Source of the DNA: Kudoa neothunni
Lineage: Eukaryota; Animalia; Cnidaria
NCBI GenBank assembly: GCA_964304625.1
Contig: OZ199840.1
Coordinates: 6,264,776-6,328,775, forward strand
Reading direction: 5' to 3'
Length of the DNA stretch: 64,000 bases
Below are positions 43,800-56,498 of this stretch, piece after piece. A model generated the notes under the pieces. It was not told the origin of the DNA, ran no database searches, and saw nothing but the letters and a program-made list of their open reading frames with translations. The number at the start of each line of letters is the position of its first letter. The first letter of the stretch is position 1. Position numbers and translations under genes: made by a program.

Positions 43800-44885
43800 T
43801 TATACAAGTAGTGAATTACTTGATTTTCCGAAAAAGAATTGATTACGATTCTCAGAAAGAGTGTAACCGTCGCTAGGATCAGATGGTTGCACGGTGGAAG
43901 GGATAGAAGCAATGATTCTGCGAGAAATTCCATATTCAGGCGCGGAAACATTCATCACCACATCAGAATATGTCCGAATATATTCTTCGAAGGTCATGTG
44001 CTCGTCAAATGTTCCCAAACGATCATCTGGATGGTCAATCAAACCACGCTGGTAAAGATCAGCCATTTCGAGAGCACTTTGAAGATTGATAGTGTCGTCA
44101 CGGATAGCCGTTGGATCTTGAAGTTTTGTCTTGAGATTTCTCATGTGAGAATAGGAAATTACTGCATGACATAAAATTAAAAAACCCAACAAACAATTTA
44201 AACCCACGTTGACACACTGAGGTCATATTTGATGGGATCAACTTTTCAGACTGAAGTTTATAGCACGAAAAACTTTTACAGAAATTAGAAAATATGTACA
44301 CCTTCAAGGGTGTTATATCAATAGACACTGGGAACCGACACAAGCTACCTTGAAACTTATATAACGTGTATTGTTAATGGGGGCGCTGGTGGACAGGAAG
44401 AATTTGAACAGACCAAACGGAACCGTTACATTATCGTTCAGCCCAATGAGATGTTTCCCTCTGTTTATTTGGACAACGTATCGGTCAAAGTGTTCACAGT
44501 CGAACTCAAAAGAGAACTTGACTGGCCCTTTGTCGCAATAAACAACTAAAACATACAGGTATAACAAAAATTATCGATTCATTTTTATATTGTGACAAAT
44601 GAATGATTACCGCGACATGACTTCAACAGCACACATCCTGGGGCCCCATATTCCCCCCATACCAATTTCACACCCGCTCCTATCCTCACATTCAGCCGCC
44701 AATATAAGAACTAAAAAGCAAAGCCACACTGAGACTTTTTGAAATGTTCCAAGTGGCGAGAACAGTTTTAAAAAATCCATAAATTTCACAAACACAAGAT
44801 GCGAACGCACGCCTGTTTGGCTGAATGAGGTTGAGGTTCAACAGAGGATTTAGCAGAACAGGTACTATTGATAACCCGCATATTC
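43800..44885 (-). CDS. Orphan multi-exon protein (at least 250 aa), first exon uncertain
   Basis: Exons FLYWRL...KSCR|VVYCDKG...ISFK|VYIFSN...VCQ|LISYSHMRNL...SLLV* join in frame through short GT-AG introns. Confidence 0.6.
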
Positions 44886-47800
44886 ATGATTAGAACAGAT
44901 TTAACGAAAGTCAATTTTCACATGTATCGGTACATTAAATAATGTTTATCACACCAAAAAATAATATTTTATATATTTTAATAATATTCCATTGTTTTTT
45001 CGCTACAACTAAAAGGAAGTTGTGTTTTTAGCATACACATACAATTTTGGTATTAGTTACCGCGCTCCAAAGCAGTTAGGTTAATAGATCCGCCAAAAAC
45101 CAATAATGCAACTGGATAGTAATCATAAAGAATTTGTGAAAAATCATCACGCCAAGACGGTTAATGTGACTTCGACTTTACATATCCTATCTAAGCCAGT
45201 AGATGTTTAGAATGAAGTCTTATGCATTTGCCGTCATATAAAGTTTCTTAGCTAAGCGTACAAAATGCACTTAGACACCACTGTTGCATATAATCTAAAT
45301 TCCAGACAAATCTGTCACTTGATGGTTGCAACACTAGTTCTGCCTTAAATAACACTGATGTAAGAAAAACTAGCGAATATTATTCTAGTTAGTTCTGTTA
45401 GTTATGATAATAGGTTAAAACGAGGCGTTACTCAGTATTTCCCCGATTAATCTATAATCAAACAGTATATCTTATTGTCTATGCTCGCATTAAAAGGGAA
45501 AAGTCGTATTTTATGGGGTTTAATTAGTATATATTGCTCTCCACTTTTAAAATGCCGTCACTATTATGAGGAAAAACCTTATTTTGTTACAATAAGTTAG
45601 CTTTTTGATGTACTTACTTAGTTAAAACATTTTAACATATAGTTATAGGTTCAGTCTCTTAAACTGAGGTAAATATATGATAAAAAATGTACTGCTCATA
45701 ATTTCTTGATTTTATTAAAATGTATAATAAACATTACAGTCGTTCCTCATTACAGAGTGGACAATGAAACAACGATAACAGTTTGATGGGATATCACTTT
45801 AACCCTTTAATGATCGCCAACATAATATAAAGTGAACTCCTGATTTGGCGTAACTTTCTGGGGATCAGAGAGTCGATGGACAATAGCGGTAGCATACGCA
45901 TTATTGGGAATTTAAGGATTCTAGAACATCTCGTGCTAATTTCTTTTAATATTTGTATGATCGAGTCTATTTATCATGGAGCTTTCTACATTTTATATGG
46001 ATGATCTTTGGCGAAATCTAAAGACTATTTTGCTCTAGGTTATCCTACATTGTACCCCTCTCGGAATAAGTTCAATCATTTCTCAAATAACATAATCAAA
46101 ATTTCTAATGTTTACTGCTAGAAAAATGTGTTATTTTAGAATATTGTATTATTTGTTTAGGAAATGACCCGTTTTAAATGCTTGAAAATCATCTTTTCTT
46201 AATTAACTAAATTTCTATTTTCTCTTCAGTCAGTAAAGTTCATTTTTTTACAATAATAAAAATAACCTAGTTTGTAACTTTTTGAAACAAAAAGTCCGTT
46301 TACTTGTTATTATAACTTCATTTTTGTCCTCATGCCTTATCGCATTCGTTACAATTGGAACAGGATAAGAATGTATAAAATAGAATCGTTTTCGGTTTTT
46401 ATTAAAACATCTTAATGATTAATAACATATTTTTAAATAATTAAAATATTATTAAGCTAATTTTTCAAAGGGAATTTCAAACCTAGATAAACAGAACCTA
46501 AAAATATCCCTGAGCGTTTAGATTTATATAACACGTTATTTTTATTCTTTTTGATAATATCTATCCTTAATTCTAGATTTACTCTTCACATAGAAGTTTC
46601 AATGGAGTTTAGAAGTGAACAGTACTCTGTTGTTAATTGATATTTATTGAAGGAAATAAAAATAAAATTGTTTTACGGATTGACTCAATCAAATATTATA
46701 AGTAAATAATAATAAATTTATTCTCAGCTGTTTCGTGAAATATCAATCAGTAATAACGACTTTTGGGAAAGCTTTCATTAGGTTACCAAGCATTGTTTTG
46801 CAACTTTCGTTTTATTATTCTGACAGCTAATGTCGTGGGTTAGTATGAAATTAACGCTATTTGATTAAACGCTGGAAGTCACTCGAACTCATCACTTCCA
46901 CATTTTTTTCACCATTTTAACGGAAAATATACTTTGTTTTTAAAAAAATGATATTTCTTTGTCAGATGTTAATTATAAGTTGGGCTAGCTCAAGGCCAGA
47001 ATTTTTATTACTCATTAATATTAAAATGTGTTTAATACATATAATGTAGCCGTGAATATTTTCATTGTTAATCTACTCATCGACTTTGCATAAGCATACA
47101 GTGGCGTCATTTTAACGATTTTGTAAATCATCGTTGTTACATTGTAACAGGAAATTATACTAGAAACTTTACTATTTTCCCCGCTAGGCCGAAACCTTTT
47201 TTGTGATATTGAGGGAAGACTTAACAAGAAATATTTATGGAACGCGAAAAACAAAAAGAAACTTCCTTTCGATAGAAAATTCAATGAAAATATTTAACTG
47301 CTAATGATAAAGAGAATTCCCTTTATATTTCATGATTGTTCAAATTTTTGGCTCCAGGCAATGTAACTTTATCGACAAAACTTACTTGAGGCCAGTAGAA
47401 TTGGAGTAAAAAGTTCTTGAATGTAACTATATGATCTACCGAAGAAAAAGATGAAAAAAATATTATAAAATCAATGTTACCTAATTTATCACTTCCAACC
47501 TATAAATTTTACTTATGAGGAACTAACTGTATCAAAAGATGTTTTATCGCCTGCATTTTTTCGTAAATTAATGTCTTAATGGTTTGGAATGCTCTTAAAA
47601 TGTGACACTAAGACATTTACACCACATCATAGTTACCTGTCGATTTTTTATATTGATATCTTTTTGCAGAAATTTATCAAGGTTGTATCAATAAATGCCT
47701 GTAAAGATTTTAAATTGTCTCAAAATTAGATTAGAATATTTTTTGTTTGGTCTTGTTTACTTCGTTATCAAATATTAAAAAATGATTCAACTATGCAAAT

Positions 47801-49140
47801 CTATCCTGAGACGTTTCGTCGTTAAGATACAACTGTTTAAATTAAAGAATGTCATCCTATACATATTTAGAGCAACAAGAGGAAAATTAATTGAACCACA
47901 AGACGCAAGCCAATACTTTACAAGCCTTTTAAACTCGTGTTATTGTTTAATCGTAATGTATAATTATATTATTTCCCATTAATTATTAATGTATTGACCT
48001 AATTTTTCAATATATCTTGAAATAAATCATTTACCATCCTCAGACATAATCCTAAATCGAATTGATATTTTAAGATCATCAGTTGGGAGAATTTGTTTAC
48101 TGAATAACGCTTTTCCACATTTTACATACGAGATTTTACATTCCATTTAAGCCAACTAAAAAGACTAACTGATTCTCATGATATTCATATATTTATATAG
48201 TGTAATCCTATCTAACAAAAGATTCTTTTTCTTCATTCTACTTTTTGTCTCACTAGAAAAATCTAAATGGGGTTTTCGTCAAATCCAGGAGATTCATATT
48301 CAAAACGTCATCCCAGCATGCTAAAAGGATGTACTCAAAATTTCTCTTATTTATTCATATGTATCATCTAAAGTAACATTTTATCTTATTAAGAAAAAAA
48401 TCAGTTTTTTGTTTAAATAAATTAATTACCTGTGTAGGGTTCAAATGTAGAACAGCTAGAAACCAAACATAAGCGCGGGATTTATTTCACATTGGTCCAC
48501 AAATTCTTTCTTAGGAGAAACCTGATATGACATTAATTTATTTTTTGTATTAAATTAAAATGTTTAAAAACTTATATTGTTAAAGAAATAAAGATAAAAA
48601 TATAACAACAAAGCAGAATAGTGCTATTTGAATCATACCACAAGATATTAATGCTATCAAATTATAAATGAATAATTTTAATTTTATGAATGTATATCTC
48701 ATATTATCGTAGAGCATTTTGTTAGCGTAAACGAAGACTTTACAAAATATAGAAGAATAAAAATATTTTTGCATTGGAGAACGAACAAAATAAGGATTTT
48801 ATAGAGCTTTGTCTTCTGTATTGGGTAAGTTAATGCAGTTAAAAGAGATCTCCTGAATTTTTATCAAATTAATAAAATAAATTCGAAAGTTAACCATTAT
48901 AGATTATATTTAAAGATGAAATTTAATCGTACGTTATTTCCTTTTTAAATACAAGTGTGGCCTATTTTTTATGTAGATCTTTGTTACATAACCCTCTAGA
49001 TATCATTGGTTACCGTTACAAATATAAATAAATTATTCATATCTAAAGGCTAAAATTATAAAATAGAAGAAATTAATTCATGCTGGCATAAAAAATTTTT
49101 TAAACATATATAAACATCAAGTTAGCTACCAACGATGCGT

Positions 49141-49248
49141 GTCAGGGTGGCCGAGTGGTCTAAGGCGCCAGACTCAAGCTGCTCAGCTTCCTAGCATGGG
49201 AATTCTGGTCTACGTAAGTAGGCGTGGGTTCAAATCCCACCTCTGACA
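49141..49248 (+). tRNA. trnL-CAA: tRNA-Leu(CAA) with a 24-nt intron (49179-49202)
   Basis: GTCAGGGTGGCCGAGTGGTCTAAGGCGCCAGACTCAAG-[intron]-TTCTGGTCTACGTAAGTAGGCGTGGGTTCAAATCCCACCTCTGACA. Paired acceptor stem, long variable arm, oligo-T Pol III terminator at about 49257-49268. Confidence 0.96.
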
Positions 49249-51493
49249 GACTTCACTTTTGCTTTTTTGATTATAAATATTAATAATGTATCCTTGGTCG
49301 TAATAAATTCAAAGTACTTATTTAATTATGATTTAACCAAATTATGTCGCAACTATACCCTAAAACTCTTGCATTTACATGTGCCCAGCCTTTATTACGC
49401 CAGATCTCTCATCAACACTTAATTTTCAGCAATATAACACTTTAATACATTGAAATATACAATCGTACTCTTTAAAAGGTTGTCTGGATTAGAATTGTTA
49501 TCGATTCATATCAAGATTGAATAATTCCCAACATCATTGCCATGCGCGATGTATTACAATTTTTTTAATGTGGTTTACAATGATTTTTGCGTAGGTAGAT
49601 ACTAGGCGATTTTCTTCCTAATTCATTATATTATCATTTTATTAAAACCAATTCTTTCTCATGTATTTTTTAAGAATTAAGACATTTGGCGTTATTTATA
49701 AGAAAATTTTTCTACGAATGATGGAAGAAGGAAATTGTGAGAGTCATTTCTATTGCACACTAAAATTCAATCTCAATATTAAGTTTTTCGATGGATATTA
49801 CCAATTAGTTTTAATTATTATTATTATTGAGTATCATTATCTCAAAATCCAAGCCTATTATTATTGAAATCTTTTAATTTTTATATTTGTAATAAAGATT
49901 CAAGGATAATTTATTAAACCACCAAAATTAAATTATTAGTCTATGCAGCGAAGCAAATATCTTTTCATAATTCTAAATTTACTCCACATCCATAAATTTA
50001 TTAAACTTTTGATTTCATTACATGTTTTGCTTTAAATCTGAGAAAAATTTTTATTTTAAACAACAAGATTTTTACAGCAACCCAAAAGGAAATGGCTATT
50101 GACATGGTAAAGAGGATTCGGTGGTCATTAGTTTTGACTTCAGTTATTTCTGTCTTACAACTTCATTCTTGGATGCCCAAAAATGATTGAATATAGCAGA
50201 TTCTAAATAATGATATCTGTATGCAGTTCATAAGTAGGAGTTCCTGGGATTAAATAATGACGCCGTGCATGCGTAAGAACTTATAGGATTAACATTAACT
50301 ATGCAAATAACCTCCATTTAAAATGAAACACAATTCCAATCATCAGGCGCAATCCACATGCATTATGGATTGCTACCTTTAGATTTTTTCCTTATTTATT
50401 CGTTAGAATTTTTTTAATGCAAAAATTCAAACCATTATGATTTAATATACAAAAATAAACGAAGAAATAATTTATTTGAGTTGGACCGATAAAGACGTTA
50501 AGTGGTGTAATCGGGTAGAGGCGATTTTGGCATGCTTGGAGGGTTAAATTATTTACTAGGAAGGCAATTAGAGCTGTTTCTTTCCCTATTAATCTATTAA
50601 CTCATATTGGGGTATTGTATCGTTGTTGATATGCTTAAAAGTACAAAAAATATATTTTTGTGTTTTTAAAAATAAAGTTTCTAAATAAGTAATTTACATA
50701 AGTTCTCAATACGACTATTTACAGCTATACAAATTTGTTATCAAGCGTAAACCAAAGTATTTATGAACGTATAGTTATTGAAGATTAAACCTGGAACCAT
50801 TATTCTGTTATCGTTTAAAACTGTTTTACAGTTACATCCACTTTTAATTTAATCTGTTATCTAAAATACTTCATTATTTGTATATATATAGATATATTGA
50901 ATGAAAAAATTTATTCATTTAAACATTAGAATATTTGATGAATTTTGAAACCGTCAAATTCAAAATAAGATACAAATAACCAACATACAAAATCACGTGA
51001 TTACACAGTTTAGCGCGATTTTTTTGTTATGAATTGTTTATTGATTGTTGTTTGTGCTCATTAATTAATTAAATTAAATAGAGAAAAAGGAATATTAATG
51101 ATAAAATATATAATAATACAAGAATCTTCCCTTGTGAAAGGCGATAACTGCTATTATACGGCAATTTAGTACATCATAAATTAATATACATGATAGAATT
51201 TTAAAAAATAACGAGGAGTTATACATGAATTTTTTTTTATAACTTTTTTAGTTGTTCTAAAAAATTTAAGTAATGTTAATATTTCTTTTGTAATCCAACA
51301 TGTCTATAACCGAATCCTATGAAACCCACCCACAAAAAATTAAATGTTGCGCACGTATTAAATATCTTAAATAATATAAAACAGAAGTATATCTTCATAT
51401 TTAAAAAACATTTTTTTTTAATAAAAAAGAAACAAAGGAAAATAATTTTTTATGGCGAAACTGTCATCATTAACCAATTTTCACTCTCTAACC

Positions 51494-51798
51494 AAATGGT
51501 TTTCAACCTTTTTGGAATGGTAGATCTCTGAATAGCTCAAATTGTCTTTTTGATGTTCACATATATTAAGGAAATGGCAAAAAAATAAAATCCAAGGTTT
51601 ATATAAAAATCATGCATTTATATACAAACAAATTAAAATATATTATTCCTAAAATTTATTCGACATCGCAAGGACTTGAACAACATGCATTTGTAAATAG
51701 ATACCTACTACTAGTCTCTATATTTTTTCAACGCTAGGGATCTTCCAGGGAACCTTTGCGCATCCTTTCATCCACGTATCGCCGGTTGAAAATCACAG
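51494..51798. mobile_element. hAT Buster-type MITE with 8-bp TSD CTCTAACC
   Basis: TIRs (AAA)TGGTTTTCAACC / GGTTGAAAATCACAG. TSD at 51486-51493 and 51799-51806 fits nnnTAnnn. Confidence 0.85.
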
Positions 51799-52213
51799 CT
51801 CTAACCAGAGAGTTCAGACAAGACACAAAAACATTTTCTGTGGATTATACATACCAGATTAATGAATTAGCCTCATTAAACCAGCAACAATGTTGTATAA
51901 ACTTAAAATTTACGATATCATATGTATTTAATGATAAAGAAAAGAATCCACCGTGTTTTCCTCGAATATAACACAGGTTTTATTTTTTGTTGGTTTAATA
52001 AGCAGCATGAGGTTTTATATTTGCAACAGAAAAAATTTCCTATTTATTATTTTGCTCATATAACAGAACCAGAAAAATTCATTTAATAAATAGACAAAAT
52101 AATATTTTTATTCAAAAAAATACGATGTGGCACATAAATTTGACCACTAATTTTATCTCTTCTTTGAAAATAAAGGGAGAATGATAGTCAAATCCTAAAA
52201 TCTGCATGATTAA

Positions 52214-52403
52214 CCCTAGATGGCTCAGTAGGCCTCTTATTGATCCAAGTATAAATTGATCAAATTAAGTCTCATTCTTAGTTGAATAAACTATAAAATA
52301 ACTCTGTACGACAATAATGAGACTTTATTTGATCAATTTATACTTGGATCAAAAAGGGACCCACTGAGCCTTTGTGTAACTATCTTTGGTGAGATTTCTA
52401 GGG
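52214..52403. mobile_element. 190-bp piggyBac MITE forming a long hairpin
   Basis: TTAA|CCCTAGA...TCTAGGG|CTAA with ~55-bp internal inverted arms (GGCTCAGT...CTCATT / AATGAG...ACTGAGCC). Confidence 0.8.
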
Positions 52404-52807
52404 CTAACGAGTCTTTCCTTCTAAAATATTAATTATTATCCACCACCGATTAAATTATATTATTAAAGACATTTTGTTAAATAATTCAGAATTTCCATGT
52501 TTTGAGTATTTCGCTAGGTATTATCCTAAAAACTAGCTCAAGAATAGAATACCATTAGGCCTCATTTTCCAATCAAGTCCTACAATGAGGTAAACGCAGT
52601 ATGAATGTCAAATGAATTTAAAAATACAGGCCAAGATATATTATTCTGCATCTATTACTATGCACAAATTCATTGAATGTCTAATTTATTCACGATAAAA
52701 ACAGCCCACTCAAAACGTGAAACTCAAATCAAAATTTTAACCGAAAATTCTACACATCACTACGAGTTTAAAAGGATTGGGAAAGTAATTTAAATTTTTC
52801 AGCAATA

Positions 52808-54471
52808 TCAGAGAGATAGTTGAGTGAGGAATCCAGCGAAGGAGAATTGTTTGTTGGCAAATTGTGCATGATATTTGATCTAAAAAAGTCAACAAAATTA
52901 ATCAATCATCCATATTCACCTAAATATAAAAAATACAGTATCTTTACGGTGTTTTTAATGCCATCAATCTCACACTGAAACAGATGTAACTGTTGCAGAT
53001 GAATAAGGAAGGCTTCAATTCCTCCGCTGGTGCTATCATCAGTGGTGACGGTAGGCATAATAGCTGCGAGTTGGTCGAGGTCGGTTTCAGTTGAAGGTTG
53101 GAGTTTGTAAACAAAATCGATTTTTTTGCAGACGTCGTCAAATATTTCCACATTGGTAACGTTCACTAAACACATTTTTGTAAAATTTTATAAACAATTA
53201 TACAACTATCATTTATTAATCAATAAAAATAGATACATTGTTGTTTCAGATGATCGTTCAATATTCCGGATACCAACGCTAATTTTTTATCCAGCTCATC
53301 AATGGAAACAATAACTTTCAATAATTTGAAGCCACTGCCAAGAGCAGTGTCGGAGTTAAGGATGTTGTTGAAGGTGTTCACAGTGTTTGTAGAAATATTT
53401 CGACTTTCACCGCGCAAGATTAAATGGAAAATGTTAGTGGTTGGGTGATGGTCGAGAGTTTCATTGTAAGCCATTGCCAAGAACCGAATATTTGTGACAA
53501 GATGATGCACAATATAAGACGAAATAGCAATCATATATGAGGCAACAGCGTAAGACTCTCCTCCAACAACATTATCCACATCCTTCGCCGAGTCTAGTAG
53601 CACACTGGTAGAAAATTCTGGTATGGCTCCTTTGTATTTGACCAAATGATCATAATTGTCTATCAGCAGTTTAAAATAAACATCCACCCATTTTTTGGCG
53701 GCATTGTTTCCGGCCACATCCATTGATGAGTGTGGTTGTGACAACAGCTGTGTAGTCATAAACATGGATTCGGTGAGTAGATCCAATTTGAGCAGCACCG
53801 GTATATCCATTGTTATAGTGCGAACCAGTTCTTCATGTGATGGAAGTAGAAACGAGGTGAACTTACGCAACGAACATCCTCTGATGAGATATTTACACCA
53901 TATACCAGCACGATGGTTGTCATTTCGCATCACAATAAACCATTGCTTGATACTACAGTCATTCAATTAATTCACAATCTACACTTTAAACGAGTTACAA
54001 TTTTAGTTTGGTGAGTTGTGAACGAACAGTAAAATTGCATGTGATCATTTTATTTAGAAATCTCTCAAGCAAAAAACATGCCATTTGTTGATCTATTTGC
54101 TCAAAAACATACTCCATCAAAATCACATATAAATGAGCAGTATATTCAAAGTCTATGGGATATATATCACTCGTCAGAATACAAACACCAGTACAAATAC
54201 CATTGAGATTTAGTATTTCTAACCATTGGTCACATTTGTCAACGGCACAGGTTAACAACTGAACAAAATTCAACTCTTCATTGTTTTCATATTCGCTCGC
54301 ATTGATAGCACAATTACATTCGGAAAGATATTTCAATAGAGCTATTACCTAATTCAAAATACAATTTTTACGATAAATTATGATGAGGTGTTGGACTACT
54401 TTGGTCTTGTCAATGTTGCAGTTATGTGTTATATTCTTTTTGTTTAATGCGCTATCACGAGCTGATGCCAT
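52808..54471 (-). CDS. Uncharacterised ~480-aa helical protein, about 5 exons; possible divergent VPS9-like C-terminus; last exon uncertain
   Basis: ATG at 54471 (MASARDSAL...). ORF-track segments 53995-54336, 53220-53966 and 52906-53175 are separated by short GT-AG intron-like gaps. Confidence 0.65.
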
Positions 54472-54657
54472 TTCTACTGATTTTCAGTTAACAAATCCGA
54501 CTCAAACAACAGCGTCTCGTGTAATGCGTACGGTGATCGCGCATGCTAATTTTATCTGGTTTCTAAGAATTATAACTCATTTTCTCAACTAAATTTCCAA
54601 ACTATTTGATAAATTAAATCTGTGATTTCTAAATATTATTTTCAATATCACAATAAT
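54472..54657. promoter_or_regulatory. Probable bidirectional promoter
   Basis: Only 186 bp between the divergent start codons at 54471 (-) and 54658 (+). Confidence 0.55.
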
Positions 54658-55529
54658 ATGCCAAAAAAACCAAACGTTGTACAAGTTTCCGACCCGAAAC
54701 ATCTTAGCCAAAAACAACGCACAAAACTTAAGAGTCATTTACAAAATTTGAAAGATGAAAAGTTGAATGAAGATTTAAAATGGATGGAAACCGATAAAAA
54801 TGTTTTAAAAAAACAGGCACGAAAAGTATTTTAAAGTTTTGCCTACATGGAGATGGAATGCATAATTAATTTTCATTCGGTGGATTTTTAGGAGGACAAA
54901 AAGCTCAAACAAATGGAAAGCAATGAACGAAAAATATTACTGAAGAAAAAAGCCGACGAAGAATTGGACCAAATGGAACAATCCGCTAAAACATCCAAAC
55001 CATGCCACAACCGATATTATGCACCGCGAATGACACAAGCTCAGATTGAAGAATCGAAAAAAGTCACTGGAAATGTTGGTCGTACCACCCATATCTCTTC
55101 GTTGGATGTTGAAGGCGGTAATTTATATATGTAGTTGGTGTCGTAATTTGTTTTTTCTACCGTTTTGAAGACGATAACCAGCCAAAACTGCAAAAAAATG
55201 TTGTCACCCAAGACTACACCAACTTGGAAAATGTAAATCGTATCAATTCTGACACTGCCCATGCAACCAATGTGGATGAAGCTATCAGTTTGCTGTCAAA
55301 TATCGTGGGAAACACTTCAATAGACAATGGAGATTCTTCACTGCATAAAAATGCCTCATATTCCGATTCTAAATCTAGAGTTAAGTCTTCGGCACGATTT
55401 GCCAACTTCAAAAAGAGAGAACTTCCTCGACTTAAAACTGAACACCCCACTCTCACCTATTCCCAACTAAATCAAATGATTGTGAAGTTGTGGGTTAAAT
55501 CCCCTGAAAATCCTGCAAATTTCACTTAG
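54658..55529 (+). CDS. CCDC124: Coiled-coil domain-containing protein 124 (Lso2-related ribosome-binding factor), 3 exons
   Basis: MPKK...W.ETDKNVLKKQARK|EDKK...TQAQIEE...ENVNR...ATNVDEAISLLS...ELPRLKTEHPTLTYSQLNQMIVKLWVKSPENP. Confidence 0.9.
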
Positions 55530-56498
55530 AAACTGCATTTTATAATATTGTTGCATCTTTGGTTGGTCAAAAAGTACACGCCATGTATATACTTAATATA
55601 CAAACTGTTGAATCGAATATTTACAACTCAACCAACTTTTGGATTATTAGTTCTTTCGGTGTCTCATTTTAAAATTCTCCGAATTTAATACATTTCGCTG
55701 AATTATGCTGATTTGTAGCTAATCATTGAAATATTTTTTAATTAATATTTTGAATTTTCAGTAATTTTGGGGGGTTTAAAATTTATGCAAATATTTGAAG
55801 AGTAATCTTAATAATTTTCTAGAGATAAGAATTGATAGAATAAATTTTAATCTCAAGTTATATTATTTTGTTAAGATAAATTTTAGTTTATGGGCGAATA
55901 TTTTTATTATTAAAATTCTCATATGGGTGAATCTTAAAAATTTCAACGCCAGACAGCAATAAACTTAAATTAAGTGAGATTAATAGAGCATACCGGACTC
56001 AATCCAATCATAACTAAGTCCAAATTACACAGTAATTAAAATTTAAAGGATATAGCATTAAACGTGCTAGGAACTTTGTACGCCAGTTTAGTTTGGATCA
56101 GCGCTTCAAATATTGAAGGTGCTTAGGTATTCGCAGTTGATAATGACACAAAATTTTTATAATAGTTTAATTTTAAAATTTTACTTTATTTTTAATGAGA
56201 ATAGTTTTTTTAATTGCTAATGAAGGACTAATTATGACAGAATTCAGGAATCTCGAGAGGTTTGCCTTATTTTATTTAGTAACTACAGTCGAGATTCGAT
56301 ATTGCGTAACCTTTGTGACCGAGAAAAAATTACGCAATAAAAAGTTTTTCCGGAATATCGAGACGCGCACATGCATGGCTCCTATGATCAATCGGGAATT
56401 AAATTTATATATTTTATAAGCTTGGTTCAGGCTCAATTAGTAATCAATAGTAGCCGATCAAACGATAAAAATTACTACATAATGTATCAATAATTTAA

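Noticed and set aside
44160-44207. Apparent signal peptide MGLNCLLGFLILCHA at the start of ORF 43800-44207
   Set aside because: It starts at GTG and lies within a GTGGGT...TGCAG intron that splices in frame to the upstream exon
42688-51971. Numerous 60-100 aa ORFs rich in F/I/K/L/N
   Set aside because: Expected by chance in very AT-rich DNA, or antisense shadows of real exons; no motifs
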